Shown: in pieces, positions 9,128 through 19,500 of the stretch
How positions within the stretch are numbered: the first letter of the stretch is position 1
How the letters are laid out: every line of letters starts with the position of its first letter
Assembly (NCBI GenBank): GCA_017849585.1
Contig: JAFIGT010000032.1
Coordinates: 84,027 to 148,026, forward strand
Direction of reading: 5' to 3'
Length of the DNA stretch: 64,000 nt
Origin: Verrucomicrobium sp.
GTDB lineage: Bacteria > Verrucomicrobiota > Verrucomicrobiia > Methylacidiphilales > UBA1321
Translations under genes and position numbers: made by a program
The notes under the pieces: model-generated
What the model saw: only the letters and a program-made list of their open reading frames with translations
The model's database searches: none
What the model was told of the DNA's origin: nothing

Positions 9128-10473
9128 ATCAGCTCGAGCTTGATGACTGTATCGATTGGATCGGGTAGATCTGGTCCCGGAAGATTCACAAATGCATCAT
9201 CATCATTAGTGCCCGCATTCCAGGGGCGCTTCATGTCGATCTCTGATCCATCGCTGAGCAATCGTGCGCGGCGTACTTTCTTGCCGAGACCGATGAGGGG
9301 GATTGCCCCGACTGGCTTTTCGAAAAGATGGGCGTAAAGCACATTGCCCCTTTGGGTGTAGCGGCCCCAGTCGGGTTTGGGGAAATCAGAAACACCGCAT
9401 CCATAAATGCTCTCGGAATTATCTTTCATCCATTTGCCGATGGCTTCCAGTCGTTCGGCGGACGCTCCGGGAATTTTTCCTTTGGCATCGGGGCCTACGT
9501 TGAGCAGGAGGTTGCCTCCCTTGGAGACGCTTTCCACAAGCATGCGTACGATCTGTGTCGTGGATTTATAATTGCGATCATCGCGCATGTAACCCCAATG
9601 ATCGTTCATGGTGATGCAGGCTTCCCAGACGAGGGGATTGCCATGGGAATCAGTGACGCCTTCGGCGGGAATGATTTGTTCGGGGGAGGTGAAGTCACCG
9701 AAGCCCGTTTCCTGGTGGCAGGGATCCTCATGACCGCAGGTGAGGCGGTTGTCGATGATGATGTCCGGGTGCAGGCGGCGAATGGAATTAACCAACTCTG
9801 TGGCCTTCCACGTTTCGCCGGACATATTCCGGTAGCTGAAGTCGAACCAGATGATGTCGATCTTCCCGTAGTTTTTTAGCAGCTCATCGACCTGTCCGTG
9901 GAAGTAGGTGAGATAGTCGTCGAAATGGCGCGGGGCTGCCTTGGCGGTGGCGTTGTCCTGCAGCGGATGCATGTGGTCGATCGGATATCCCGGGTGGTTC
10001 CAATCGATCAATGAGTAGTAAAATCCCACCTTCAAGCCTTCGGCCCGGAAGGCGTCGACATACTCGCGAATCAAATCGCGCTTGGCAGGCGAGCAGGTTG
10101 ATTTAAAGGTGGTCAGCTTGCTATCGAAGAGGCAGAAGCCGTCGTGATGCTTGGCCGTCATGACCACGTAACGTTGTCCTGCCGTCTTGGCCAGGGCGGC
10201 CCATTCGCGGGGATTGTAGGCGGTGGGATTGAACTCGTCGAAATAGCGATGGTAATCCGTGTCCTCGTAGCGCTCCAGTAATCGCACCCACTCCCCGCGC
10301 GACGGAATGGCATAGAGGCCCCAGTGGATGAACAGGCCAAAACGTGCGTCCACAAACCATTCGCATCTTTTTTTCGATTGGTTCAAGACGGCGCGCGGTT
10401 TCCGTTTCGTTTCGGTGGTGGTGATGACGTTTCCATTTTCCAGCATAGAGTTTTCCTTTTGTCTGGTTGACAT
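9124..10473 (-). CDS. alpha-L-fucosidase (GH29)
   Basis: Hallmark GH29 motifs FGLFIHWGLYAIPSRGEW and TAKHHDGFCLFDS, in a 449-aa protein. Confidence 0.9.
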   Translation of the reverse strand: MSTRQKENSMLENGNVITTTETKRKPRAVLNQSKKRCEWFVDARFGLFIHWGLYAIPSRGEWVRLLERYEDTDYHRYFDEFNPTAYNPREWAALAKTAGQRYVVMTAKHHDGFCLFDSKLTTFKSTCSPAKRDLIREYVDAFRAEGLKVGFYYSLIDWNHPGYPIDHMHPLQDNATAKAAPRHFDDYLTYFHGQVDELLKNYGKIDIIWFDFSYRNMSGETWKATELVNSIRRLHPDIIIDNRLTCGHEDPCHQETGFGDFTSPEQIIPAEGVTDSHGNPLVWEACITMNDHWGYMRDDRNYKSTTQIVRMLVESVSKGGNLLLNVGPDAKGKIPGASAERLEAIGKWMKDNSESIYGCGVSDFPKPDWGRYTQRGNVLYAHLFEKPVGAIPLIGLGKKVRRARLLSDGSEIDMKRPWNAGTNDDDAFVNLPGPDLPDPIDTVIKLELI

Positions 10474-10476
10474 GTC

Positions 10477-11223
10477 TTAGGGAGCCGGGACCGCTTTCAT
10501 CGCCAGTAGCTCAATATTTCCAATTTGGAATGGACGTGCAGCGCCGGTCGAACTGAAGGCGATGATGTTCAGCCGTTGCATTGTTCCGGCGCTTCCAAAA
10601 GAGGTGAGCGGCTGGTTCTCGACAAGTTTATTGGCGGGGTTGGCCAGATCGAAGATGGTGACCTTGGCTGTCGCACCCTGACTCGTGACGAGCAGGTTGG
10701 TGATTTCCACTTGATACCAGACATTGGGCTGCCAGCGCGCATCGATCCATTTGTACTTCGGGTCTCCCCAAAAAGCGCCGCCTTGGGAAATGCCGATTTT
10801 GTTATCTCCCGATCCTTCTGATTCACCGCCGTCAAAGCGAATGCAGCAGCCATTGATGCCGCCTGCCTCCAGCAGATTGGCTTGCACAGCCGCCCATGAA
10901 TCATCACCAATAAAGCGAATCTTGAATCGGAAAATGCGGGGCTCCTGGCTCGGTACGATGACTTCGCGATCGGTCAAAGTCCGATGATTGGAGCCTTTGG
11001 AGGTGGCCTCGAAAGCTCCGCCATCGGCCCCCAGATTGCTGAGCGTCCACGTGTCCTCATCCTCACTGGCATGAGTCCATTGTGGCAGTGTGGTGAGCAG
11101 CGCGCCTTCTGAAATGTTCGCAAAGGTTTCCTTAACGTCATCAGCGCACAAGGGGGCGATTGCTGTCAGCAGAATTAGGGAACTGCAAGCCAGTGTCAGT
11201 CGCGACTGGGATAAATCGTTCAT
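10477..11223 (-). CDS. secreted LamG-like protein; ends ...AVPAP at the position where paralog-type proteins carry a PEP-CTERM anchor
   Basis: Signal peptide MNDLSQSRLTLACSSLILLTAIAPLCADD, taken from the ATG at 11223 (the track ORF starts at a TTG at 11265). A 3-nt gap to the fucosidase gene suggests an operon. Confidence 0.6.
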   Translation of the reverse strand: MNDLSQSRLTLACSSLILLTAIAPLCADDVKETFANISEGALLTTLPQWTHASEDEDTWTLSNLGADGGAFEATSKGSNHRTLTDREVIVPSQEPRIFRFKIRFIGDDSWAAVQANLLEAGGINGCCIRFDGGESEGSGDNKIGISQGGAFWGDPKYKWIDARWQPNVWYQVEITNLLVTSQGATAKVTIFDLANPANKLVENQPLTSFGSAGTMQRLNIIAFSSTGAARPFQIGNIELLAMKAVPAP

Positions 11224-11275
11224 AACGATAGGGAGATTCTGACTCCCCCACGCGACGCAGGCCAAGGCTGGCGTC

Positions 11276-11291
11276 GGTTATCTCGTTAACC
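11276..11291. promoter_or_regulatory. TTAAC-N2-GTTAA-type palindrome GGTTATC-TC-GTTAACC (1 mismatch)
   Basis: Read directly, about 55 nt upstream of the 11223 start of the secreted-protein/fucosidase operon. Confidence 0.35.
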
Positions 11292-11298
11292 TCATCGT

Positions 11299-12549
11299 TT
11301 AAGAGCGCATTAGTCTCTCATAGAGTCGGAGGTATTTCTGCGTCTGCTGTTCCAAGGAAAAGGACTGCTCCACTTTTTGACGGCATCGTACGGACAGATT
11401 GGCGGTGTCGGCCTTGCGTAACACCCAGTGGACTCCGCGGGCGAGGTCTTCCGCTGCATAGCAGCGGGCGCGATAACCATTTTCCAGATGATCAACGATA
11501 TCCTTCATGCCTGTGGCATCAAAGCACACGACAGGTGTGCCACAGGCCATGGACTCAATAGGCACCTTGGCGCACGCATCTTCCAGAGAAGGAGCCACCG
11601 TCACGTCGGCGGCCGCGTATACGAGGCGAAGTTTGGCGTCGTCAAAAATCGTTCCGAGATAACGAACCGAGACCTGTGGCGGAAAAATCAGTGGCGATTC
11701 GGAGGCGCCGAAAACAAGAAGTTCAATATCCGTCATTGGATACTCTCGAACCAGGTGCTCAATCATTGGTTGAAGATGGTGAAATCCTTTTCGTGCATCG
11801 GTGGTGGAGTATAAGGCTCCGTACAAAATAAGTATTTTATGAGGAGATAGGCCGAGACGTTGACGCGCCTCGGTTTTGTCGCAGGGAGAAAATTCCTCGA
11901 GTGGGAGACCGTTGTGAATTACTTCGACTTCGCGGGAAGAGAAGAGTTGGCTTGCCCTGGCCTGTTCCGCCATCCACCGACTAACCGCCACGAGTTGAAT
12001 TGGAACGTCGCGCCAGGATTTTTCCTTCCGTTGCCATAGTTCTCGTGTGATGTCATTTTCTTGGTCTGATCGCAGAATGGGGCAATGTCCGCATTGATTC
12101 TGATACCGCCCGCAGCCTTCCGAATAGTGGCAACCGCCGGTGAATGGCCACATATCCCGAAGTGTCCATACGATCTTTCCACGCAGTTGAGGAATTTCTT
12201 CTGGCATCAGAAAACCGCCAGCGACCCAGTGGAGATTGATAATATCCGCTTCCAGACGATTGATCGCTTCGACCACCATTCCTGGGGCAAAGGATGCTGG
12301 AGAGAAATACACGGCCTCGTGCTTTGGATAGCGAGCCAATCGCTGGTCATCGAGTTTGGTGCGGGTCCGAATGGCTTCCTGCCAATTCAGCTCTGCGGGA
12401 CATATTGCGACCGAATCGTCCCGGCTGCGCTTATCCGAAACGAACATCCACGAATCGGCTCCCATCTCGCGCATGGCGCGGTGAATCCAGTAGGCTCCCC
12501 GCGAGGCACCGCCGGCGATATCCAGAGTGCTCACATGGAGGATTTTCAT
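11299..12549 (-). CDS. glycosyltransferase family 4 (GT-B fold)
   Basis: N-terminus MKILHVSTLDIAGGASRGAY, a Cys-rich insert GGCHYSEGCGRYQNQCGHCP, and the C-terminal EDACAKVPIESMACGTPVV...E..GY motif typical of GT4. Confidence 0.85.
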   Translation of the reverse strand: MKILHVSTLDIAGGASRGAYWIHRAMREMGADSWMFVSDKRSRDDSVAICPAELNWQEAIRTRTKLDDQRLARYPKHEAVYFSPASFAPGMVVEAINRLEADIINLHWVAGGFLMPEEIPQLRGKIVWTLRDMWPFTGGCHYSEGCGRYQNQCGHCPILRSDQENDITRELWQRKEKSWRDVPIQLVAVSRWMAEQARASQLFSSREVEVIHNGLPLEEFSPCDKTEARQRLGLSPHKILILYGALYSTTDARKGFHHLQPMIEHLVREYPMTDIELLVFGASESPLIFPPQVSVRYLGTIFDDAKLRLVYAAADVTVAPSLEDACAKVPIESMACGTPVVCFDATGMKDIVDHLENGYRARCYAAEDLARGVHWVLRKADTANLSVRCRQKVEQSFSLEQQTQKYLRLYERLMRS

Positions 12550-12753
12550 GAGTAATAGGTCGCGAATGCGATTCCTATTGTCCAGTCATAGTCTTGCCGG
12601 TGCGTCCCAAGCAAGTTCATTTTGCGACGTTCGATCCCCCCAAGAGCCTATTCACGATCTTTTCGGAGAGGCGCTGAGAGCGGGAGAGGGCGCCTTGCCT
12701 TCTTCCCTCTCTGATCCCAGCGCCGCCCCGAAAAGATTGTGGATAGGTTCTCA

Positions 12754-12779
12754 GATGCCATGACTGTCATCATGGCATC
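12754..12779. promoter_or_regulatory. 10-bp perfect inverted repeat GATGCCATGA-N6-TCATGGCATC
   Basis: Read directly in the leader region of the sodium:solute symporter gene. Confidence 0.35.
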
Positions 12780-12791
12780 CAACTCGACTCG

Positions 12792-12805
12792 GTTAACGAG
12801 TTGAC
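12792..12805. promoter_or_regulatory. TTAAC-N2-GTTAA-type palindrome GTTAAC-GA-GTTGAC (1 mismatch)
   Basis: Read directly, about 40 nt upstream of the ATG at 12844. Confidence 0.35.
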
Positions 12806-12843
12806 TATGGGGTGCGTTGCAACCGGGATCTCTCTGCGGCGAA

Positions 12844-14883
12844 ATGTCCTCACACCCGCTGACGGATTACACAATGGCTTGGATCGATTGGCTTCTCATC
12901 ATTTTCCCACTCATGCTCATTCTCGGGATTGGGCTTTATACGCGCCAATACATGAGGAGCGTTGCTGATTTTCTATCAGGTGGACGTCTTGCCGGTCGTT
13001 ATCTTTTGGCGGTCGCCCGAGGGGAAATGCAGGCTGGAGCCGTGGTGTTCGTCGCCTCGTTCGAACTGATATCCAACTCTGGATTTTCAATGGGCTGGTG
13101 GAGCTGGATTCAGTTTCCCGTGTGGTTCCTTGTGGCCATTTCTGGATTTGTGATTTATCGTTATCGCGAAACCCGCGCGATGACGCTCGCGCAATTTTTT
13201 GAGATTCGTTATAGCCGCTCGTTCCGCGTTTTTACCGGCATCCTGGGGTTCGGCGCGGGCATCGTCAATTTTGGCATCATTCCCGCTGTGGGCGCTCGCT
13301 TTATCGCCTACTTTCTGGGATTTCCACCGACCATCACGGTGTTCTCATTCACGCTTCCAACTTACATTCCGGTGATGGGAGGATTATTGTCGATCACGCT
13401 AATCCTCACGTTATCCGGAGGCTTGATCACCAATGTGATTACCAACTGCGTGGAGGGGATTCTGTCACAAATCCTCTATGTGGTGATTATCATCGGATTG
13501 CTCCAAATGTTTACCTGGCCGGAAATGAATGCGGTTCTGTCCGATCGTCCGGCAGGGCAATCCATGTTGAACCCGTTTGATTCCATGGGGCTAAAAGACT
13601 TCAACCTCTGGTATGTCCTGATGAGTATGTTTGTGGCCGTCTATGGCACGATGGCCTGGCAGAACCAGAGTTCTTATAATTCAGCTGCGCTTACGGCGCA
13701 CGAATCCCGTATGGGCGGCATCCTTAGTTCCTGGCGGGAGATGGGAAAGGGCGCGGTGATGACGCTTCTGGGTGTCTGTGCATTGACCTATCTGAGTCAT
13801 CCCCATTATGCCATGCAATCGGTTGAACTGCAGCGCGAACTCTCCCAGATTGCCGATCCGCAGATTCAGCGGCAGATGGAAGTTCCCGTTGCGCTTTCAC
13901 ACATGCTGCCGATGGGGTTGAAAGGCGCTCTTTGTATTATTCTATTGATGGGAATTTTCGGTGGCGATTCCACCCATCTTCTTTCCTGGGGCGGACTCTT
14001 CATTCAGGATGTGATCATGCCGTTGCGGAAGAAAACCTACACTCCCGAACAGCATATCTGGTTGTTACGCATCTCGATCATGGGAGTCGCGTTTTTTGCC
14101 TTTCTTTTCGGCAGTCTGTTTCATCAGACCGAGTATATCTTTATGTGGTGGCAGGTCACGCAGGGGCTCTATATTGGGGGCGCTGGGGCGGCCATCATCG
14201 GTGGCCTCTATTGGAAAAAAGGAACCACGGCCGGAGCGTGGTCCGCCTTGCTCGCTGGCTCCACTCTTTCTGTGGGAGGAATCATCGCGCGCCAGATTTA
14301 TGGCGACCAGTTTCCGATGAACGGCATGCAAATCGCGTTCGCTGCCACTCTGACGGCTATCACGCTCTACGTAATCGTATCACTGCTCACCCATCGGGAG
14401 GATTTTAATATGGATCGCATGCTGCACCGCGGGAAGTATGCGGCGTTGATTTCCACACATGAGGAAGAGGTTCTGCCGACAACCAAAGGTCATGTTTCAT
14501 GGGGGCGGTTGATTGGTTTTGACGAGAATTTTTCGCGCGGTGATAAATGGATTGCAGGAAGTCTTTTTGGCTGGGGCGTACTCTGGTTTGTGGTGTTTTT
14601 GATCGGTACGATCTGGAATCTTGTGGTTCCCTGGCCCGAGGCGATCTGGTCCCAATTCTGGCACGTGGTGGGAATCGGAATCCCTATCTTTGTTTCCTTG
14701 GTCACCGCCGTCTGGTTTACGTGGGGAGGTATTCACGACATGCGGGACCTCTTCCGTAGGTTACGTGCGCAAAAGATTGATCCGTTGGACAATGGTTCCG
14801 TGTGCAATCACCAGAATCTGGATGAGCGTCGCGTGCTGGCGGAATCTGGCGAACTGGGGGGGAGTCCAGCGAAAGGAAAGTGA
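12844..14883 (+). CDS. sodium:solute symporter (SSF) family transporter
   Basis: Multi-pass membrane protein with SSF-like N-terminal helices and the motif RSVADFLSGGRLAG. The track ORF begins at a TTG at 12817; ATGs occur at 12844 and 12874. Confidence 0.85.
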   Translation: MSSHPLTDYTMAWIDWLLIIFPLMLILGIGLYTRQYMRSVADFLSGGRLAGRYLLAVARGEMQAGAVVFVASFELISNSGFSMGWWSWIQFPVWFLVAISGFVIYRYRETRAMTLAQFFEIRYSRSFRVFTGILGFGAGIVNFGIIPAVGARFIAYFLGFPPTITVFSFTLPTYIPVMGGLLSITLILTLSGGLITNVITNCVEGILSQILYVVIIIGLLQMFTWPEMNAVLSDRPAGQSMLNPFDSMGLKDFNLWYVLMSMFVAVYGTMAWQNQSSYNSAALTAHESRMGGILSSWREMGKGAVMTLLGVCALTYLSHPHYAMQSVELQRELSQIADPQIQRQMEVPVALSHMLPMGLKGALCIILLMGIFGGDSTHLLSWGGLFIQDVIMPLRKKTYTPEQHIWLLRISIMGVAFFAFLFGSLFHQTEYIFMWWQVTQGLYIGGAGAAIIGGLYWKKGTTAGAWSALLAGSTLSVGGIIARQIYGDQFPMNGMQIAFAATLTAITLYVIVSLLTHREDFNMDRMLHRGKYAALISTHEEEVLPTTKGHVSWGRLIGFDENFSRGDKWIAGSLFGWGVLWFVVFLIGTIWNLVVPWPEAIWSQFWHVVGIGIPIFVSLVTAVWFTWGGIHDMRDLFRRLRAQKIDPLDNGSVCNHQNLDERRVLAESGELGGSPAKGK

Positions 14884-14892
14884 TCGGCACCC

Positions 14893-14924
14893 GCGCGTCC
14901 GCGAAACCATTCTCGCGGACGCGC
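14893..14924. terminator. 12-bp perfect GC-rich hairpin between convergent genes (candidate bidirectional terminator, no U-tract)
   Basis: GCGCGTCCGCGA-aaccattc-TCGCGGACGCGC, lying between the SSS stop (14883) and the trpB2 stop (14938). Confidence 0.5.
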
Positions 14925-14937
14925 CGTGTACAGGTTC

Positions 14938-16308
14938 TTACTTCTGTGCCGGTATTGGCGGCAAGCCGGCAAGAGCCATGGCGATTTCTTCCTCCGGATG
15001 AGCGTAATCGATCAGGTTTCCCGCAAAGTAATCGATGTAGGCTGGCATGTCGAAATGGCCGTGTCCGGAGAGATTGAAAAGAATCGTCTCGCTTTTGCCG
15101 GACTCCTTGCAGCGTAGTGCTTCCCGGATCGCTCCGGCAACCGCGTGGTTCGCCTCCGGTGCTGGCACGATTCCTTCTGCCCGGGCGAATTGGACGCCGG
15201 CGGCGAATGCTTCCAGCTGGGGCACTCCAATGGCTTCGGCCAAGCCTTGTTCCACTACGTGGCTGACCAAGGGGGCCATGCCATGGTAGCGCAATCCGCC
15301 GGAGTGAAATCCGCGTGGCATGAAGGTACTGCCGAGCGTGTGCATTTTCACCAGTGGCGTGAGGTGGGCAGTGTCGCCGAAGTCGTAAGCGTATTTGCCA
15401 CGGGTTAAACTCGGGCAAGCATCGGGCTCGACGGCCAGTGCACGGAGCTTGCGACCGCCCTGCAATTGACGTCCAATAAAGGGAAAGACCATACCCGCGA
15501 AATTCGATCCGCCGCCCGTGCAGGCGACCACAACATCGGGTTCGTCCCCGGCCAGTTCCATTTGCTTGATGGCCTCCATGCCGATGACGGTTTGATGCAG
15601 TAGAACGTGGTTCAGCACGCTGCCGAGCGCGTATTTGGAATCGGGATGCTGGGTGGCTTCTTCGACGGCTTCTGAAATTGCGATGCCGAGCGAACCGTTG
15701 CTATTGGGGTCTTGCGCGAGAATCTCACGACCTGCGGCGGTTTGGTCGCTCGGGCTGGCGGTGACCTTGGCACCGTAGGTTTGCATGAGGGCGCGGCGAT
15801 ATGGCTTCTGGTTGTAGCTGACTTTGACCATGTAGACTTCGCACGCCAGATTGAACATATTACAGGCAAGGGCGAGCGAAGAACCCCATTGCCCGGCACC
15901 CGTTTCGGTGATGAGCAGTTTCACTCCGGCCGCCTTGTTGTAGTAAGCTTGGGCGATGGCCGAATTCAGTTTGTGCGAACCAGCGGGGCTGACGCCTTCG
16001 TTTTTGTAGTAAATCCTTGCTGGCGTATCGAGCGCCTTCTCCAGCCGCCGGGCGCGGTAGAGCGGAGAGGGGCGCCATTGTTTGTAGATCTCGCGCACTT
16101 CGCCGGGGATTGGAATATCGCGTTCGGTGGAGACTTCCTGAGCGATGATGGCGTCTGTGAAAATCGGCGCGAGATCAGCAGGCCCAATAGGCTCGAACGT
16201 ACCCGGATGCAGAACTGTAGGTGGCGGTGTCTTAAGATCGGCTGCAATGTTGTACCAAGTGTGAGGAATCTCCTTCTCGGAGAGTAAAAACTTAATGGAA
16301 TCGTTCAT
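14938..16308 (-). CDS. trpB: TrpB-like PLP-dependent enzyme (tryptophan synthase beta chain 2 type)
   Basis: 456 aa. The N-terminus KEIPHTWYNIAADL is typical of the TrpB2 clade, with a PLP-binding region HKLNSA and a GGGSN loop. Confidence 0.85.
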   Translation of the reverse strand: MNDSIKFLLSEKEIPHTWYNIAADLKTPPPTVLHPGTFEPIGPADLAPIFTDAIIAQEVSTERDIPIPGEVREIYKQWRPSPLYRARRLEKALDTPARIYYKNEGVSPAGSHKLNSAIAQAYYNKAAGVKLLITETGAGQWGSSLALACNMFNLACEVYMVKVSYNQKPYRRALMQTYGAKVTASPSDQTAAGREILAQDPNSNGSLGIAISEAVEEATQHPDSKYALGSVLNHVLLHQTVIGMEAIKQMELAGDEPDVVVACTGGGSNFAGMVFPFIGRQLQGGRKLRALAVEPDACPSLTRGKYAYDFGDTAHLTPLVKMHTLGSTFMPRGFHSGGLRYHGMAPLVSHVVEQGLAEAIGVPQLEAFAAGVQFARAEGIVPAPEANHAVAGAIREALRCKESGKSETILFNLSGHGHFDMPAYIDYFAGNLIDYAHPEEEIAMALAGLPPIPAQK

Positions 16309-16533
16309 CGTAATGTAGCTTATCTAATGGACTAAGGCGACAACGTCAAACTGGATGTGAAAGGGAAGTCGAACCGGGAACACTCAAAAGCCGTGTATGG
16401 AATAACGGATTGGCGCGGAAACCGGTATATTCCTGTGCAATTCAACATGGATCATTGCTGTTCCATTCCGATTCATAATGGACTGGGCAACAGAGGCTCA
16501 TGCGAAATAAAGGTGGAAAAGCTTCTCACACAA

Positions 16534-19500
16534 ATGGTACGACGTTTCTACTCTCCCTTCATAAGTCTTTGTACCCTTACTTGCTTCGCTCTGGTTTTAT
16601 CCGCAGCTGAAACACCCGCTGTTCGCGCTTTCGGAACGGAGAAGTTGGCCAACCCTCAAGGATGGAATATCCATAATGGCTGCCGATTGACTCCGGCTGC
16701 ATCCGGACAACTGGCGAGCTTGGAATTTCCTACGGGAAAATGGACGGCATTGATCGGAACACTTCCCTTGGACAAAAAGATGAAGGGATCCTTCCTTCTA
16801 CGTTTGCGGTGTCGATGGGTAAGTGACATAGCCAACCTGAAATCCAGCAGCGTCGGTCTTCTGTTTTTGGACGCGGATACGAAAACGATCAAGGAAGCGG
16901 GTGTGAGCAAGCACATCCTGGCCAAGTCGGAATGGCAGGATCTGAAGGTTGAAGCGCTCATCCCTGCTGAGGCCGTCGCCGTGCGGTTTGATATTGCCAG
17001 CCACGGCGGAGGTACCCTTGAAATCGAGGCCTACGAACTGGATTGGACCGGGATGGATCTTTCCGAGGCGGCGATCAAAGGAGTGGTATTACCTTGGCTC
17101 ACGATCCCAGGCGGTCAGGAAAAGCTTTCGATGGAGTCGGGAGGAGCTCAGGCTGAATTTTGTAACGTTGAGCCATTTTCTTTCGATTCCCCGGGGTGGG
17201 CAAAACGGCCTGTCTATAAACTCGCTGTGATGAGTGCGAACAAAACACCCATTAATGAGGTGGCCGCCAACTTTCAATTGTGTTGGTCGATGGATGCGCT
17301 GTATGTCCGTTTCCGAGCGCAGGACCGCTTCCTGAACTTTAAACAGGAGTCTCGTTATGAACGGGACTGCTTCGAATTTTTTCTCATGCCATCGGGGCGC
17401 GTTGCCACCGGCAATGGTATCATTGGCAAGGAACAATACACTGTATCGCGTTCGATGAATGGTGAGACCAGTGCCAATGCGACCGCCATCACTCGCTTGG
17501 TGAAAGAGGGTTGGGAAGCCATTTTGAAAGTTCCACTTCGCAATGAATCTCGCCGGATCACTCCGTTTAATGGTCTGACCCTGACCTTCAATGCCGGATA
17601 TCACGACGCCAATACGCTTGCTCAGGAACATTGGCTCAGCTTCTCATCGAAGGACCAGTCGAATGAATCCTGGCGTAACCCAGATCTCTATGTTCCTCTC
17701 GTCTTCCAAACGGATGAAACGATGGCGTATCGTCCGTTATGGTTGGGGGATGTGGCCGAATACAATGTAGAGCCTCAATTTCCGGGACGTTTCAATCTCG
17801 TATACAACTCAGCCGCCAAAGAAAATTTTTCCACTTGGATGCGTCCGGGAGATGGAAAGTTCGAGGTGATGAGTGAAAAGGGCAATCCGGGCTTTCGCAT
17901 TCAATTTGCCGAGGATGCCAAGCAATCGGCTGCCTATGCCCTGTCGCCATTCAATGTGCTGCCGGGGGAAGTCATTATCATGGAAATGGAAGTTCGCAGC
18001 AGTACGGGAACATCGGCCAACTTGCCTCGTGCGCAATTCGTATCGCAGTCGAGTTGGCAGATTGTGGAGGCAAAAATGACTCCGTCATCGGTCACGGAAC
18101 TGCAATGGATTCCCTGCACCTATACCTTGCAGATTCCGGACCGGTTTAGGAACAACATTCGAAACGGTCGGATATTGCTTCAATATAAGGCACAGCCCGG
18201 CCGAACCATTGAGGCGCGGAATATTCGTGTGACGCGACGAACTCCTGTCGATTTTGATGCGCTCATAGCGGTGCCGGGGCTCTTCTCTCATTTCTGGAGT
18301 GGAGACAGGATCAGCCTTCAGTTCAAATGGGCGTCTGGAGTGGCGGTCAAGACGAAGATCAGGGCGGAAGTGAGAGATTATTTTAGCGGGGCCACCGTGC
18401 TATCGCAGGAGTGGTCAAAGGACGTGGGCGTGGGAGAGAGTAACCTGTCATGGGAGATCTCTTCGCTGCCAAATGGCTTTTTCAATGTTCTGCTAAAGAT
18501 CAGAAATGCGGACGGAAAATTTTTAGCCGATCGCGAGCTCTATATCAGCAAGGGAACGAAAGCCGATCGAATCAGTCCCTTTAGCGGTCTCTTTTTTGAT
18601 TCCAATCTTTCGCTACCCGCGCCGCTCAAGAGCACCGAATCCATCGCTCTATTACGAAATCTCGGAGTGGGAATGGTCAACTGGCTCAATCTCCATCTCG
18701 TCGACGGGAAGGGACGGGATTTGCCGGGGGATCCCCTGGAGATAGTTCGGGCCTTCAAGCAGGCCGGATTTATCACTGGGGCGATTGTCGAGCGGGGCAG
18801 TTATTCGATCAACCGGGAATGGCAACCGGGAGACATGTCGGCTCTCTACGAAAAGACATTTCTTCAAACTAAAGGGCTGATCGACTTCTGGAACTTTGCC
18901 AATGAGCCGAACTTGCCGATGGGTTGGAACCCCTCACCAGACGGTCGGGAATGGGCGATCTTTTACCGTGGATTCTATAATGCGCTCAAACGCCACTCCC
19001 CGGAAGCCAAGCCAATTTTAGGGTGCTTCAATCAAATTCCGGAAAATTACATTCGCGCGGCTGCCGGACAAAATCAAAATAGCTTTGCCGACGGAGTGGT
19101 GGGGCTGCACCTCTATGGACTGGAAGTGAATGGGGAAGGATTCAAGCATTTGTTGCAGGGGCGGAGTCAGATCGAACAGCTATACCCGGGATGGGATGCC
19201 TGGGATACCGAGTCAGGCCTAGTCTTTCATAACTATCGGAGCATTCTCGATCTACAGTCCAAGAAAATGCCGATACTCCTCAATGCCGGATTCTCGCGAA
19301 GCTTCTTCTATCTCGACACGGACATGGTCTTCCCCTGTGGCGATTCGACGCCACTGCTGCCGATGGAGAGCTTCAAGAATAGTTTCTATATGGACTGCAT
19401 GCCTGTGGGGCGGGTCACTCTCGCGGAAGGAAAGATTCATCTCTATCTCTTTCAACGCAAGGATGGCTCGGGGATGGCCGTCTTTTGGAATGCGAGTTCG

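Noticed and set aside
16357-16533. N-terminal 59-codon extension of the giant glycosidase ORF (GTG start)
   Set aside because: The signal peptide begins at the ATG at 16534. The extension has no hydrophobic segment and lies in what looks like the promoter/leader region.
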